Origin: Podarcis erhardii
Lineage: Eukaryota
Reading direction: 5' to 3' (one strand)
Length of the DNA stretch: 64,000 nt
NCBI GenBank assembly: GCA_964252035.1
Contig: OZ176201.1
Both the position numbers and the translations under genes were made by a program. Every line of letters starts with the position of its first letter. The stretch's first letter is position 1. Below, piece after piece: positions 50,067 to 64,000 of this stretch. The notes under the pieces were generated by a model that was given only the letters and a program-made list of their open reading frames with translations, did not search any database and had not been told where the DNA came from.

Positions 50067-50324
<258 letters not shown>

Positions 50325-50564
50325 TAACTGCTTTTGATTATGCCAATTTTATTTCATTTCCTCTAAACATTTAATATGAAGAAAATTATTTTAGCGTATG
50401 TACAGTCCTTTAATTTTCTCTCAGTTTTTAACATCTATCCTAATGTCATGTGACAATGTCATGGAACAGTGATAAAGTTCAGTGGTGTGTCACCTCACCC
50501 CAGATGTGTTATGGATCTAACATCACAGAGAGGTATTCCTTAGTATTATTATTACACATATCAT

Positions 50565-51313
50565 GCTTTTCAGCCCCATGGGACCTTCAATGTGGGGTTC
50601 AATCCTATCCCCTATGTTATTTAACATCTACATGAAACCGCTGGGTGGCGATATCTGGAGGTTCGGAGTGCGCTGTCAGCAGTATGCTGATGACACTCAG
50701 CTCTATTCCTCATTTACATCTGCAAGTGAGGCAGTAGATGTGCTGGACCAGTGTCTTGCCTTGGTAATGGACTAGATGAGTCAACAAACTGAAACTCAAT
50801 CCAGATAAGACTGAAGCACTGTTAGTGGGTGGTTCCCTAGACTGGATGGGTGGGAGATCACCTGGGTTGCACTTCTTTTGAAGGAGCAGGCTCATAGCTT
50901 GGGGGTACTCCTGGATCCTTTGCTGTCGCTCGAGGTTCAGGTGGCCTCAGTGGCCCAGAGTGCCATCAGCTTCGGTTGGTGGCCCAGCTACACCCTTATC
51001 TGGTCAGGGGTAGCATATTACACCGATCCTGGTCCGACTGCACTGGCTACCAATTAGTTTCTGGGCCAAATTCAAAGCCTTAAATGGCTCAGGCCTGCAA
51101 TTCCTCAAAGACCGCATCTTTCCATATGAACCTACCAGGACCCTAAGATCATCTTCTGGGGCCCTTCTTTGTGTGTCTCCTCCTCGAGAGGTCTAGAGGG
51201 TGGCTCTCCATCTGTGAAATGCTCTCCCCAGGGAAGTTCACCTGGCGCCTTCATTATACACGTTTAGATTTTATTCTGTGAACAGCCCCGAGGCCTCCGG
51301 ATATAGGATGGTA

Positions 51314-51347
<34 letters not shown>
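50565..51347 (+). mobile_element. L2 LINE fragment with several internal deletions and an (ATT)n tail
   Basis: GSILSPMLFNIYMKPLG...QQYADDTQLY...KLNPDKTEALLV...LGVLLDPLLSLEVQV. Confidence 0.92.
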
Positions 51348-51350
<3 letters not shown>

Positions 51351-52202
51351 CTAATCATTAAGCTAAGAGATCACTAACCTTAAGCTAAGGATCAGGCTTT
51401 TAAAGCCAAATAAATGTGGGTGGGCATACCAAGTGTCTCTTTTCCATCTCTTACTGAGCCCCTTTCTTTCCAAGGTGATAATCAACTTTGGTCCCAATAA
51501 TATTAATCTCAACCTTTTAGGTTTTACAGACAGTCAGGATATTTTGCAATGTGTTTCAACAGTGTTTCAAATATATTTTAGTTGTGATTAAATTTTTCTT
51601 ACTCCTACCCCCCCCCAGCTGTACATTGTCTATGCCTCCCTTACACATCTCAAATCTACCCTTTCCCAGTCTTAAAACACTTAACTTTATTTCTGTTCTT
51701 GAGATGAGGATGCATTGATGATCATCTTTAGTTTTGTCACTTTTATTCCTTTGCAATGTTTATGTCGGCAATAAATCTCCTTAGAAAACTTACTCTTTCT
51801 CATTTGCATATCTGTTTTGTATAGAAACCAAAAGAGAGCGTCTATTGCAAGTCCGTCTTTAGACTATGTTACAGCATGTACATATACATTGCTCGTTAGG
51901 AATGTTTTCATTGCTTTTCTTGAATCTACTTTTTACAGGGAATCAAGCAATACATATGGTGGATCACATCTAGATACGTTTATGACAGCCCATTTTCTTG
52001 GTCTATAGGGATATCCCAGTGGACAGATGGTCAGAGTGATGAGAATTTACAGGATGATCCTCTGTAAAAAAATAAATAAAATGGTAATAAAAGTGGTTGG
52101 AATAACTTCTGCCTGCAATAGCTGATTGGCCCAGTTAAAGCTGATGATGTTGGCCATCTGTTAAAAGAACCATGCATTCATTCCAAGTGTAATATGTAGA
52201 GC

Positions 52203-52218
52203 TCTCCCTCTCCCTCTC

Positions 52219-52262
<44 letters not shown>
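52203..52262. repeat. (CT)n/(CTCTCC)n polypyrimidine tract
   Basis: Direct reading. Confidence 0.95.
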
Positions 52263-52264
<2 letters not shown>

Positions 52265-55200
52265 TTCTCCCCCCTCCGCCCTCTCTCACACAGAGCACTT
52301 TTTAGCATGCAGAATTCAAACTCAGAAAGCTGTCCACATGCACACACGCACATTTCTGTGCATTAAGTATCTTCCCTAGATTACATGCCAACAATTGCTT
52401 AATTTCCTGTTCTGTATGCAATCCTATGCAATTCCTTGAGTCATAGTGTTGAGGCAGCAATTCATAGGATCAGGAACTAGATTTGGAGTGCTGGTACATT
52501 GTGCAATTCACGCTAGTGTTGGGACCAGCCTGCTGCTAGTGTCCTGTGCTGGCAGCTGACACTTAATCGTTACTGGGCATGGTACAGGTTTGTCCCAGGT
52601 GTGTGCTGTTTGTCCATGGAATTGTATGAGCAGAAGTACTGTTTGGGTTAGCAGAACTGGATCATTCTGTGCAGAGTTACAGCAACTGGTGTTTCCTAAG
52701 AAGGTACAGTTGGCGGAAAGCAGATGCATTATGCAATATGAAATTGTGCATAGCCTGACCAGTGCAATCTATTTTAGAACCACACATTGTCTGTAAGGAT
52801 CATCCATCATGCTGTGCCTTGGGGAAGGTTGATCCTTATGTGCCATATTCCTCCACTTTTTTCATTATAGTGATGATGCTATTCAAGTGGAAAAAAATGT
52901 TGTACACAACTATCTCTGGAGGTGGCCCATTAAGTTTCAATTTCTATTTTTAAAATCTACCCCTGAATTTATATTGTTCTTTCATTTCCTTGCTGTCATC
53001 TCCTTCCCCTAAGGCAACACTTTTCAGTGAACTATTAATGTTGTAGGGATTGTGGAGGTAATGACTAGCACATCACATGCTACTCTCCAGGGAAGAGCAT
53101 GTATCTAGACATCTTTCTTCCCAAACTGACCTGTGTTCATTGAAAAGTTCATTACTTTCTGCTTTGTTTGTATATATGTGTAACTGTTGCTGCTCATATA
53201 GGTTTGTGGAAATCACAACAACCTGCTGATATATGTGGTGCTATCCAGCTACAGCCCAGGAAATTTTATCAGGAAACAGTTAAAAACTTGTGCTAAATTA
53301 ATAAAGTTTATTAATCCTGCCCAGTCAAAAGTTTTAGTGCAGTTAAAAATATTTTAAAGCAATTAATGTTCAATTCCATCCCCATCCAGGGACAACATGC
53401 ATGTACTCAGTCAATTCAGCAGTCCTGCCAGAGAGCATTTTGTTTGTGTTTTGCACAGGAATACAATGCCAGTTAGTGGGAAATGGCTTAGGTTTGGAAG
53501 GCTAAGTTTCAGTCTTTTAATTCTATCCCAAATTTTAATTTATCAACACCTTGTCAGTTCCCCCATGGATTTGATTCCAAGTTCAATGAGGCTCACTTCC
53601 TGGTAAGTGGGTATAGAATAGCACCTGGATTAATACACTGTGCTTATGGACAGGGAGCCTCCCCAAGGTGAGAAAGGAATCTGAAAACAGAGGGACAAGG
53701 GCAGAACTGGCCCACAAACTGCCTGGTATGAGACCTGCTGCAGCCAAACTGTACTCCCCCAGCACAGGGTTTCACCATCAACAGGAAGCTGCTAGGGCAA
53801 CTGTGGCATGCAAAGCAGATAAAAGTGCAGATAGTGGACAGCCTGCCCTCCCTATTAGCTTACCAATTTGAGTTGATCTGCCCCTAGATTAAATAGAAAT
53901 TGTGGCCCATTATGCACCAACCACAGCAAGACTCTTCCTTACTGACTGCAATTGCCTGCTGAAGCCTGAATGCAAGACTAACTGTGCTGCAACGAATGAC
54001 AATGCTGTCCTCTGCTTATGAGGAAATTTGGATCTAACACGTCACTGCACAATTAGGGACAGGATCCAGCTTGGTGTATCCAGAGCATATTTGATGTAAC
54101 TGCTGGTACAGAATGAGTCCAGTAAGAAGAGATTTTATGTGGAGGCTGTATGCACAAGGTGTGATACTTTGAAAATCGATCGTTTTAATGGCCTTGCTTT
54201 TATTAGGGCTGAGTGGATGCAGTTTGAATATTCATTCAGTTCTGTCCCTGTGCTGAAGCAGCCCATTTGCAAAAGGGATCACATATTTGCTCTTCCTACT
54301 CTCTGTGTAACTCCCTTTGGCGCTGTTGCTGCTGTTGGGGCATAGCCGCAGCTGCAGAAACTGGGTTGCGCTTCAGCATGTTTGAAGTTCAGTTGCTGTA
54401 CCATTTTGGTGTACTGTGCACTTTGACTTCCTTGTGCATTCTAGATGTGCTGTGGAATCTTTTGTTGAGATAGAATAATAGATATAGTGACACTTCCTGC
54501 CTTCTGATTTTCTGTCGCAGCAAGATTTTTCATTCCTTTTTAGGTTTGTCAGGCACTAGTGGTCTACTTACTTCTTTTGTCACTTTTGTCAATGATACCT
54601 GATACATTACCAAGTGGTAAAGTGTTTGTGAGAAAGAGCTCTGCCAGCGGTTATTCTTGGGCATGTAAGCGCAGGTCAGGTTAAAAGCCAAGCCAGTGAA
54701 GGGAAGTGTAAGATCAGCTTCCTTTTCTTAAAGGATCTCCCATTTTGAAGCAATTGTCCAGTTTATTTGAATATCCTCTTTTGGGAGTAGATTATCAGTT
54801 TGGAATGTTCTTTTGTTCTGCATGCTGCAAGGCAAAGTCAAGTAATTCTCAATAGGTGTGTTTGTACACATACACAGTGGAATAGCCATAGCTGATCCTG
54901 TAATGTGAAATCTAACGTGAAAGCAATTCTTACAGATGCAATGTGAAATTAATCCTTGCTTTAACTCCCCTGAAATTATAGCATAATATTCACCATTGAG
55001 CAATTTGATTCATTCATGCTAACATTGCTTTGCAGCATATTTAGGATTTGCTAAAATATCAGTGTTGCAACACTTGCAGATAATATCATGCAAATTCATC
55101 ATGACAGCCCTCATAGCTAAGCCACAAAGGAAAGTACATATATGCTGACAGCAGTGTTTATCATCACCTCCAAAGAGCGGCAGGATAGCATGATAACCAG

Positions 55201-55879
55201 TTCATTAGGATCAGCTGCTGGTCAAAGAACAATGAGCTGGCAAAGTATGGTGCGGTGTTGGTGTTGGTGTTGGTGTTGGTGTATAAGCCTAGGTTCAAAA
55301 CATTCCTGGGATCAAGCATGTGCTCAGTCCTACATGGAGGAGTAAACTCCATTCAGCAATTCAGTGATGCTTACTTCTGACTGCATAAGTTTAAGTTGTA
55401 AAACACACTGTTTTGACAAAAGAACTTCATCAGCTGAAATACAGCTTTTAACATTTACTGAGAATACAAAGTAATATTGCACAGGTGTGTTACTATTTAA
55501 ACTGCTAACTTTAACAGGAATTCCAGGGGAAAAAAGAGGCATCCAAGAACTGCTTGATTATTATCCTCATTCTCTCACATCTTCTGTACTAATCTGCTAA
55601 TTTTAAATTTTATTCATTTGCCAGACCAAGGAAGGTTGATCAGTTATCTTGACACTACAGCAGATGGCATTGCCATTCCTACTCTGAAAAAAGAGTCCTG
55701 AGAATCTCCCGTTCCTGCTCCACTACACCCATGTCTTGCATGAAGTTATATATATAACCCTATGAACGTACCCTTTAAGTTAAAACCATCTGTAAGGGAT
55801 TCAAATTTCATAGTTAAATTTTGACAGGAAATACTAATATCCTCACTGCAAGTTGCATAGCTCACAATCCAGTCACGAG

Positions 55880-56017
55880 AGGGTTGTATGTTGGAGAGTT
55901 CACCATCATCCAAAGTAGTACATTCCAGTGTCGAACAGCTCTTACAATCCGAAAGTCTCTTAATGTTTAGTTTGAATCTCCTTTCTTATAATTTGGATCT
56001 ATTGGTTCAGGTTCTAC
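55880..56017 (-). mobile_element. CR1 3' fragment
   Basis: CATTCCAGTGTCGAACAGCTCTTAC...TAATGTTTAG...AATCTCCTTTCTT, homologous to 12400-12480. Confidence 0.75.
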
Positions 56018-56471
56018 ATGAAATATGTGTGATTCACAAGCTATTTGTCCTTATTTAATGCAAACTTTCATTGCCAAAATCAACATTCTCATCTAAGGAA
56101 AAATAATTATTTTTAAGTTTGGGGGGGAAATTATCTTGGGTTTTGGTTTTACCTATTGTATAGCTTGCAAAAAAAAAATAATAATGCAGAAAATAAGCAA
56201 CAAGTTGAAAAGTGGACTACTGTATAAGTATCTCCCATAAGTAAATACCATGTATTTGTTTATGCAATTGTATGTGAACGGCTTTTGCTTGTGCAGTAGT
56301 ACACAAACTAATTTCACCAATATGTGTGTTCTTTTTTGTGTGTGTGAGAACTTACGAAAGAAACATGGATTAAATGTGATATATATATATCACATTTGTT
56401 TAAAAATGTAATTAAGAAACCATTTGCTGCTGCTGCTCCTCCTCCTCCTTTTTCTTTTCTTTCTTTTTTGA

Positions 56472-56804
<333 letters not shown>

Positions 56805-57029
56805 TGACTTGGTACCCAGTGTTCCTTTATGACTTGCTGAATAACAAAGGAGCTGGCAGTATATATCAGCCCCAACCTTGTGCCAGGCTGAGAGGGGTTG
56901 AATTGGACAGAGGTGTCCCACTTCCTAGTTCTGCTGGCCTCCTACTACCTCCCAACATGAACTTCCACCATTGCAAGTCTACAGATGCAGCAGTGTTCCT
57001 GCTGCATCATGCAGCCAGTGAGCAGTGAG

Positions 57030-57335
57030 GCTGTGGATCATGTTCTGAGACCCAAAGCCCTTCTCGTCCAGCAACCTGCCTTCACAGTGATGAACCAGAT
57101 ACCTATGGAAAGCACAATAGCACTTCTCCTGCTTGTGCCCTCCACAACTGGTGTTCAGAGGCATTCTGCCTCTTGATTCTGGAGGCAGTACACAGCTTTC
57201 ATGGCTAGTAGCCAATAATAGTCTTGTCCTCCACAAATCTCTCTCACTCCCTTTTAAACTGTACAAGCTGTTGACCATTGCTCCATCTTGTGGTAGCGGA
57301 TTCCCTAGTGAAGTTGTGCGCTGCCTGAAGAAGCA
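57030..57335 (-). mobile_element. CR1-type 3' end/UTR (degraded)
   Basis: Minus strand TTCTTCAGGCAGCGC...CTACCACAAGATG...TTTAAAAGGG...GGCTACTAGCCATG. Confidence 0.7.
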
Positions 57336-57460
57336 AACTAGAAGCTCATCAATATAGCGATGTCTAAGGAAGGTCAGGAGAGACTGCCCTTGTAGAGAGA
57401 AAAATGTATTGTGTGAAAGGGATTAAATGTGACATACTTGAGGATTAGTATTTTGATTAA

Positions 57461-57790
<330 letters not shown>

Positions 57791-57947
57791 TAATCTACAA
57801 GCTTTTTGTTTGTTTGTTTGTTTGTTTGTTTGTTTGTTTGTTTATTGCTGAACTAAGTAGGAACCTGAACCTACAGTTAGCATTTCTGTTTTACTAAACT
57901 ACAGTGAAATGATGTGGCATAACCATGACTTAAACTCAGATAATCAG

Positions 57948-58135
57948 TATGATATAGTGGTTAGAGTACTGGACTGGGACTGGGGAGACTCAGGTTCAAA
58001 TTCCCATTCTCTCATTAAGTTCACCTGATGACACTGAACCAGTGACTTTTTCTTTCTCAGCCTAACCTACTTCACAAAGTTGCTGAGGATGACATGAGAA
58101 AGAAAGAACAGTATTCACCTTGGAAGAAAGGCATG
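57948..58135 (+). mobile_element. Old tRNA-derived (MIR/CORE-like) SINE
   Basis: A-box TATAGTGGTTAGAG, B-box GGTTCAAATTCC, CTCAGCCTAACCTACTTCACA core; (TTA)n follows at 58178-58213. Confidence 0.7.
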
Positions 58136-58176
58136 CTTTTCTAGCTGTAAATTTTCTTCCAGTGGTATAATAAAGA

Positions 58177-58216
<40 letters not shown>

Positions 58217-58341
58217 ACTCTTATGTAGTCCCCCGAGTCCCACCCCCACAATGATTGATTGTTTTGGGGTGTTGTTTAAACCCTCTACATGCCCATTGCC
58301 CTTCTGAGGCTCTTTTAGGTTTTAGTTCCCATGTTCAGTAA

Positions 58342-59050
58342 CAGGGGTGGTGAACTTTTTTGGCTCCAGGATGTGCCTCTTGGGCAAAATTTGACAGGTG
58401 GGCAATGCCACCTTCCTGTCAAAATCCCTTATGCTCAGATATTAAATGGAGGGGAGAAGACTCTTGGAGGCTTTTGCAAGGCTCCTCCCACTTCTCCTTT
58501 AAACTCTCAGTCTTGTAGACTGAAAAAGGAACTGAAGGAGGCATGCAAAAGCCTTTGCAAGTTTCCCTGTTTCCTTTTTAAGTGCTTTGGTCTTAAAGGG
58601 GACGCAAGGAGATTTGCACAAGTCCTTGGCCACCTTTAAGATTTCAGGGATTTAAAAGGGAAGTGGAAGGAGGCTTGAAAACCCCTTTGTGAGGCTCTCT
58701 CCTTCCCTTTTAAGAAGGGAGGCCATTTCTTGTAAGCAAGTGGGCGGCAGCAGTGGCGGCTGGGTGGTGGTGATGGTGGTGGTCTGTCAACTCTGCACCT
58801 CCAGCTGCCCACTTAAAGGAAAAGGCAAAGGGCTTTAATTTTCACTCACCATCTGATGAGCAGAGACTAAATCCTGCTGCCTAGGCTGCATGGTTCTATT
58901 CTCTGTTGGGAACAGTGCAGCACAGCCAATGCAGGATTAAACCCTGCCCTCCCACCCATCAGCTGATGACACTAGAGATATAAGATGATGGGCAGGTGAG
59001 CATGGGTTAGGGGAAACAGACTGCCTGTGAGCCAAGGATCCCCACCCCTG
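58342..59050 (+). mobile_element. hAT-like non-autonomous element, 709 bp, with internal AAGGAGGC..GCAA subrepeats
   Basis: CAGGGGTGG ... CCACCCCTG termini; right flank ATCTAGAG, but left flank TTCAGTAA does not match (no TSD). Confidence 0.65.
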
Positions 59051-59549
59051 ATCTAGAGGCATGCATTTCAAATCTCCCAGTCATTTTGAGGCCAGTGTGG
59101 GTTGCCCTGCTATCCTCTGCCCAGGAAGAATATAGGTTGTGACCCCCCTAAGTGATTAATTTCCCTCCCTCGACTAATAGGAGCAGGTCCCATCATGGCT
59201 CAGAGTCATTCAGGGGACCATTTTGATCACATGTCATTGATGGGCCTTCCCCCACCTACAAGCGGAACCTATCATATGTGATTCCTCCTCCTTCAACTAA
59301 CAGGAGCAGATTTCAAAATGGAGCCAACTTTTTTTTTCTTTTTGGTAGAAGGGGTACATGTTTGGGGTAATATTCATGTTTGCTTATGCCTACCCCCATG
59401 TCACAGTTAAGAAGTTAAGAATGGAGGAGATTACATATTGCTGTTTAACACAAAGCTTCATTAAATAGCAATTTGTCAGTGGAATTATCTCAGAACCATA
59501 ACTGGAATTAGGTATAGTTATTACGTTCAAGATTAAGGACAGGGCAATT

Positions 59550-59964
59550 CAGGGCCAGTCCACCCTTGAGGCAAAATGAGGCGACTGCCTCAGGTGGCAA
59601 GATCCACAGGAGCAGCAGATCTGGCCTCCAAGGAATGCTGCAGCATCTGCCACCGACTTGGCAGCCCCCACCCAACAAATGCTGCTTCTACAGTGGTCTC
59701 TCAATGAATAGGAGGTGCTGCTGCTTTCCTCCTATCCCTATGACAGGGGTTGCACTCTGGGATCTCCTGAGTTCTGCACCTGCTGGCATGATTCAGAATG
59801 AGCCCCTTCTCTCCCTGCTCTCCCCACAATGGGCCTTGATTCCTAGTTCAGCTGCCAGGTAAGACTGATTTGATTTTCTACCCTTGTATCTGATGTAGCG
59901 TCATGTACCAGGGGCACCATTCTGTGGTTTGCCTCAGGTGCCAAAATGTATTGGGCTGACCCTG
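59550..59964 (+). mobile_element. hAT (Tip100-like) MITE, 415 bp
   Basis: CAGGGCCAG ... GGCTGACCCTG termini; TSD GGGCAATT / AGGCTATT (6/8). Confidence 0.82.
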
Positions 59965-61112
59965 AGGCTATTCTATAGTGAAACAATAGGACACCCTATA
60001 GTAACAATATGCATTATTGCCCCTTAGAAATGGGGGCATGATGACTCTGAGATACATACTTACAGTTGAGGACATATGCAATTTTTACTGTTTCACATGC
60101 CGAGTTCTTAACTGGATGCAGACTTCATGAAACATGCATAATACTGTTCCGAAGGTGTGCCCCTCCTACAAAAAAAATTAAATGTAAGCCTCGGAAATGT
60201 GTTCCTGTTGGGGCACATCCTAAAGAATGATCCTTCTGATGGAAATGGTGAAAGACACCTGTCACTTTTTATTTTGATGAATGGGATGTCTACTCTTTTC
60301 CTAATATTGCTTGGCCCTCACACTATGTAGCTACTGCCAGTAATCTGCTGCTCTTGGCCACAAGGTGTGTGAGTGCTTTGTCCATTTGCAAAGCTGGCCA
60401 TGAACAGGAAGATGTGACAGTGGGATGGGGGAGGTTAGCCACATGAACCTTGACCCATATAATTTCTGACAAGTGTACCTGGGTTCTGTTGCTCACACTG
60501 GTATGCAATAGCAAGGAAAGAGTCTGCTTGCCTGGGCTGGTTTATTCTCCTTCAGCATATCAACTTCTTACTTCACCCACATAATGCTTAAATAAAGCTG
60601 GGATGAGTTTAGGTGATTGTGACATGAGGGAGATGGCCTTTTGTCAATCCACTCTCAGCTTGGCCTCTTCTGTGGTGCACTGACATCTCCAGTGCAACGA
60701 CGTGCTTTGTAAATAGTGCCTGCTTGTTTAAAACAAGATGAAGAGAAAACCCTAAGTATGGAGTACTTTAAAATGCTGAGCACTGGCTCAGCATGCCATA
60801 CAGAATACCAATGCTCAAAGCAAACACGGTGAGATTTTTCAGGGTAAGTAGGATAGCGAGTACTAGCAGAGCAAAGATTTGTAGGGCCTAACAGTATTGC
60901 TTAATTATTTTGCACCTTTTATCTTTGCGCATGGCATTTGACTTAGTGCATTGCATCCCAGCACAGAGGTCAATCCAGAAACAGAAAACAGGAAAACCTG
61001 AGCAAACTAGCTGCCATTCAGTTTCACCTCCCATTCAGTCTGAAGATTTATTTTCTGTTTTTCATACTTAAATTCCCAGTGCCCACTGAATATGCATGCC
61101 CAGTACATTCCT

Positions 61113-61894
61113 TGTTGCGTGTCGAGGTCCCCAAGCCACCCCCCAAATAACTCACAATGCACACTTAATTTTTGTTTAAGGTTTTTGGCATAATTTTGGC
61201 CACAACTTTATTTAAATACAAAACCGTGAGTGGTTGTTTAGGCATTAGTTAAGACTATCTGTCCCCCCGCCTGGGGACAGAACTGACTTCCGGGCACCAC
61301 CGAAAGACAGTGCGGGGGAAAGCAAGTCGGGGAGAAATGGAGCTGGGCCACAGACCCTCAATTCTCATCCGCATGCTCCCCGAAGGCTTGCAGCCCTAGT
61401 CCCATTCCAGGGATTGGACGAAAAGATGGCAAGCCCCAGGATTCCTTTAACGGAATTCCCTTTCCGCAGCATGGAGGGGCAGGCCCAGCCTATCCTAACC
61501 CCTCCTCCACCAATTTATAACCAATGCCTAACTGCAACCTTACAAGTTGTGACGATTTGCTACGCAGTAGGCAAAAACCAAATGGCCCAGCCAATCAGCC
61601 AGATGGACAAAATTCCTACCAGGCCCCTGCCCCAACGGCAGACAACCCCATGACAGGCATAGCAAGGTCAATGCAACAACCCCTTACTCAAGGGCGGGTG
61701 GGCGGGTGATCCGTTGCACGCAGCAAAGAGAAAGCTCCAGGCTGCGTGCAGAGTATTTAAACATTTTACCCCTCCCACCAAAATTGCAACATAACTTTTA
61801 CCCCAGCAACCCAGTGAACCAATCACTGCCCCAGGCCATCTTTAGAGACCCTGCCTGGTAACAGAGGGGTGGCTCAGCAGACCCCACCGCAACA
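61113..61894 (-). mobile_element. Solo LTR (782 bp), relative of 34878-35580
   Basis: TGTTGCG...CGCAACA termini; minus-strand TTTAAATA (61754-61761) and AATAAA (61207-61212); shared blocks including an identical 33-mer; no TSD found. Confidence 0.8.
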
Positions 61895-64000
61895 CGTGCT
61901 CTCCATGAAGCAGAACACGCTTTGTAGAATGTACCCATATGAAAGTTTCAGTTTATTTTAGAAGTACCCTGACCATTTTGTTACACTGGGCAGACAGCAA
62001 TTATGGCCCAAGCATCCTTTCAATATGTTTGGGTCCTACAGTAGCCACTTACACTTAGGCAAAAAAAGAGGAAGTACATTACCGAAAAAGAAAATAAACT
62101 TCACAGCCACTCCTGTACGTTCTTATGGTTCTTAATCTTCAAACCAGGCTTGGACTGGACAGCTCAGTATTTTCCTCCTATAAAGTAGGGCACATGGCTA
62201 CCCTATGGCCTGTCAGGTTGATTATACTGCATTTAGCTGTTCTAAATAATTCTTTCCTGCACCTTTCCAATTCTGAATTTTGGAACGGAGTGCTCTCCTT
62301 GAATTACAACAGCATTGCTTTGGCTTCAAGTCTTACTATCACAGTTACTTCTTCCAATTTAGCATTGCTTGCTTGCCATCTGTGCCTTCACACCACTTGT
62401 GTTTGTGGTAATTCTGTTCTCATTAGAATTAATGTTTTGGCTGCTACATATTTTGGAGTGCCAAATAGGACAGAGTACTGCTAAATGTATTGGGATTTTC
62501 CATTTCCAGCACATTGTTTTCAGCTTGATTTTTCAGAGAGAAAGACAGTTAGTTCCTTTCTTTGTTCTTCTTTTGGATCTGCGAGTTCAAGTCACTGGTG
62601 CACACCCCCCCCTCCTTTGCTGGAAGTTAACCAAAAGCATGAGCTTCCAAACTCGTCTTCTGACTGCATTGGAGAAGAGGAAAGAATGGGAGTCACATCA
62701 TACTTCACTATGGTTTAGCGTGCAAATGTAGTCAATTTATGCTTATAACATTGAAAGTTTTATATTACGGTACATATTGTGGTTGCTTGTGGTCTAACCA
62801 TCCCCTTTTTAATATAATATACAAATGCAATAGTAATTGAAACTATATAAAACCAAAAAAATCCAAGGGAGACCTTCCTTGAGCCTGCACCTATTACTCC
62901 TGTTTTACTGATCAGACAACATAAATTGGGAATTTACTGTTGTTTATTAAAGCTACCTCTCTCCTTTTTTTAATACCAAAAGCATTGAGTAATACTAGGG
63001 TTGGCATTTTTGTTTTCTGGTTCTTGGGCTGTGTGCGCACCAGAGCTTTAATGTGCCGGTGAAGTGCACAGACCTGATTTTTTCCATATGCACTTTTGTG
63101 CATGTTCTTCCATATGTGAGTGCTTTCAATTGAGCTCTATCTCAAATGTTTTCCATCCAAGCTAGTGGGTGGTATTTGATTGGATGCATTTTCACTGTTT
63201 GTTGTTATCCCTTCCCCTCAATTAGTACTTTCCCACTCTCTTTAGTTCTGGGAACCTGAGGTGCCTTGTGGGTATGCACACGGGAATTTGCTTACCTGTG
63301 TATGTGACCACTTTTTTTCAAAAAAGAGAGAGGTACAAGTTTTCTGATATACCCTACTTCCACAAAACAGTGTATTAATACATTAAAAACACACGTGTGT
63401 TGCTCCTGGCCCCAGCAGCAGTGCACTGAGGGCCACCCAACTAATGGAAGTAGGGACATGATGATAGATGGCACCCACACACATAAACAACAGCAGGAGC
63501 AACAAAACCCAACTACCAACACTAAATGCACTTCAGTATGTCCACAATGGGGTGACAGGCAATTTTATGTTGGATCCTTTTTTTCTTTTCTGCGTTATCC
63601 ACACATTGGGAAAATTCACATTAAACGGAGTGAAGTGTGACTTATCACTTGGATGAGGACAGTGCTATGCAGATGACACGAAAAGCATGCACACATGATG
63701 CATTTAATCAATTTTAAACTGCCACATGCAGCTGGGAGGAGTTGCGGTGTGGGGGGGGGGGAGCGTCAAGTAGAGATAAGGGTCACGTGCCCCTCCTGTC
63801 TACTGCTTCTGTCTTGCAAATTGCTCCATTCCAGCATTCTTCTGCTTTGGCAACCAAATGCATAGTTCTGGTCTCAGAAATGGCAAGCTGGTCACTTTGT
63901 TTTAAGACAACTTAGGAGTTATACAGTGAAAGCACATCAGAATATAGCATGAGTCTGAAAAACCTGAAATAAATAGATATTAGTTCGTCGAGAAGCAAAG

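Overview
Vertebrate genomic DNA, very likely a lacertid lizard: the Sauria SINEs with (ACCTTT)n tails, squamate CR1/L2/Penelope elements and CAGTGGTACC MITEs were recognised from memory, not by database search. The only host gene is ATP2B2 (plasma-membrane Ca2+ ATPase PMCA2) on the + strand. The window holds its start-codon exon (8688-9150) and three more coding exons (50092-50289, 56506-56763, 57537-57662), all with canonical splice sites and phase-1 junctions, separated by a 41-kb TE-rich intron; the gene continues past the window. Almost all other ORFs in the track are chance or TE-derived. I found no self-contained novel gene system. The most interesting signals are in the mobile DNA: (i) a TSD-flanked solo LTR whose U3 is one uninterrupted acidic ORF with a basic NLS-like tail, echoed by a second LTR end at the window start; (ii) an L2 insertion with twin-priming-like inversion sitting at the centre of a perfect 31-bp palindrome; (iii) a 1.6-kb hAT element carrying GC-rich cargo (Pack-TIR-like); (iv) two diverged solo LTRs sharing an invariant 33-mer, a donor-like GTAAG and a positionally conserved hairpin in a long putative R region; (v) a very young CR1 whose 382-aa ORF takes its ATG from the target site; (vi) five uAUGs in the ATP2B2 5' UTR. 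Coordinates were counted by eye; boundaries of old repeats are approximate.
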